A DNA stretch of 63,181 nucleotides, the filler included, from Octopus bimaculoides (taxonomy: Eukaryota), in assembly GCF_001194135.2 (NCBI RefSeq). It is 3 parts of 3 records of this genome, joined end to end, with 100 filler letters (N's around TTAATTAATTAA, not from the genome) between each part and the next. Parts side by side here need not be neighbours in the genome. Positions count along the whole stretch, not along the records: positions 37,980 to 63,181 come from NC_068992.1; 2 more parts are not named here. The stretch is one strand, 5' to 3'. Each line of letters begins with the position of its first letter. Position 1 is the first letter of the stretch. The position numbers and the translations under genes were made by a program. The notes below the pieces were generated by a model that saw only the letters and a program-made list of their open reading frames with translations, was not told the origin of the DNA and searched no databases. Positions 63,181-63,181 of this stretch are shown here, piece by piece.

Positions 63181-63181
63181 T

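Noticed and set aside
1-63181. CRISPR arrays, rRNA, intact tRNA genes, prokaryotic operons
   Set aside because: None seen; the DNA is eukaryotic and the periodic repeats have no unique spacers.

Overview
AT-rich, microsatellite-saturated eukaryotic DNA with many N gaps. The repeat families look like those of an octopus-type coleoid cephalopod (inference from my recognition, not from a search). The only well-supported host gene is a + strand, intron-rich fragment of a PITPNM/rdgB/Nir2-type membrane-associated phosphatidylinositol transfer protein: 10 phase-compatible GT-AG exons at 23887-36352 (1833 nt, 611 codons) covering the DDHD and LNS2 regions. It lies wholly within block 22096-37879, which is bounded by two artificial N44-TTAATTAATTAA-N44 scaffold linkers; its 5' (PITP) exons and last exon were not found in the window. 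The rest is transposon debris: several tRNA-derived SINE families, RTE/RTE-X LINE 3' ends, Tc1/mariner relics, Penelope-like (GIY-YIG) relics, a tRNA-Phe pseudogene, a 60-bp minisatellite and many microsatellites. Nearly all supplied ORFs are microsatellite or N-gap artefacts. The most interesting signals are at RNA level: (i) at least four families of hammerhead or hammerhead-like motifs, one with an intact core on the minus strand at 52634-52728; (ii) a pre-miRNA-shaped hairpin at 19104-19178; (iii) repeated local fold-back duplications from 75 bp to 1.5 kb; (iv) inverted repeat pairs in the gene's introns that could drive A-to-I editing or circRNA formation; (v) strong CpG decay of older SINEs inside the gene but not outside. 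Repeat boundaries are estimated by eye (about +/-20 bp). Exon, linker and hairpin coordinates were counted from the sequence.
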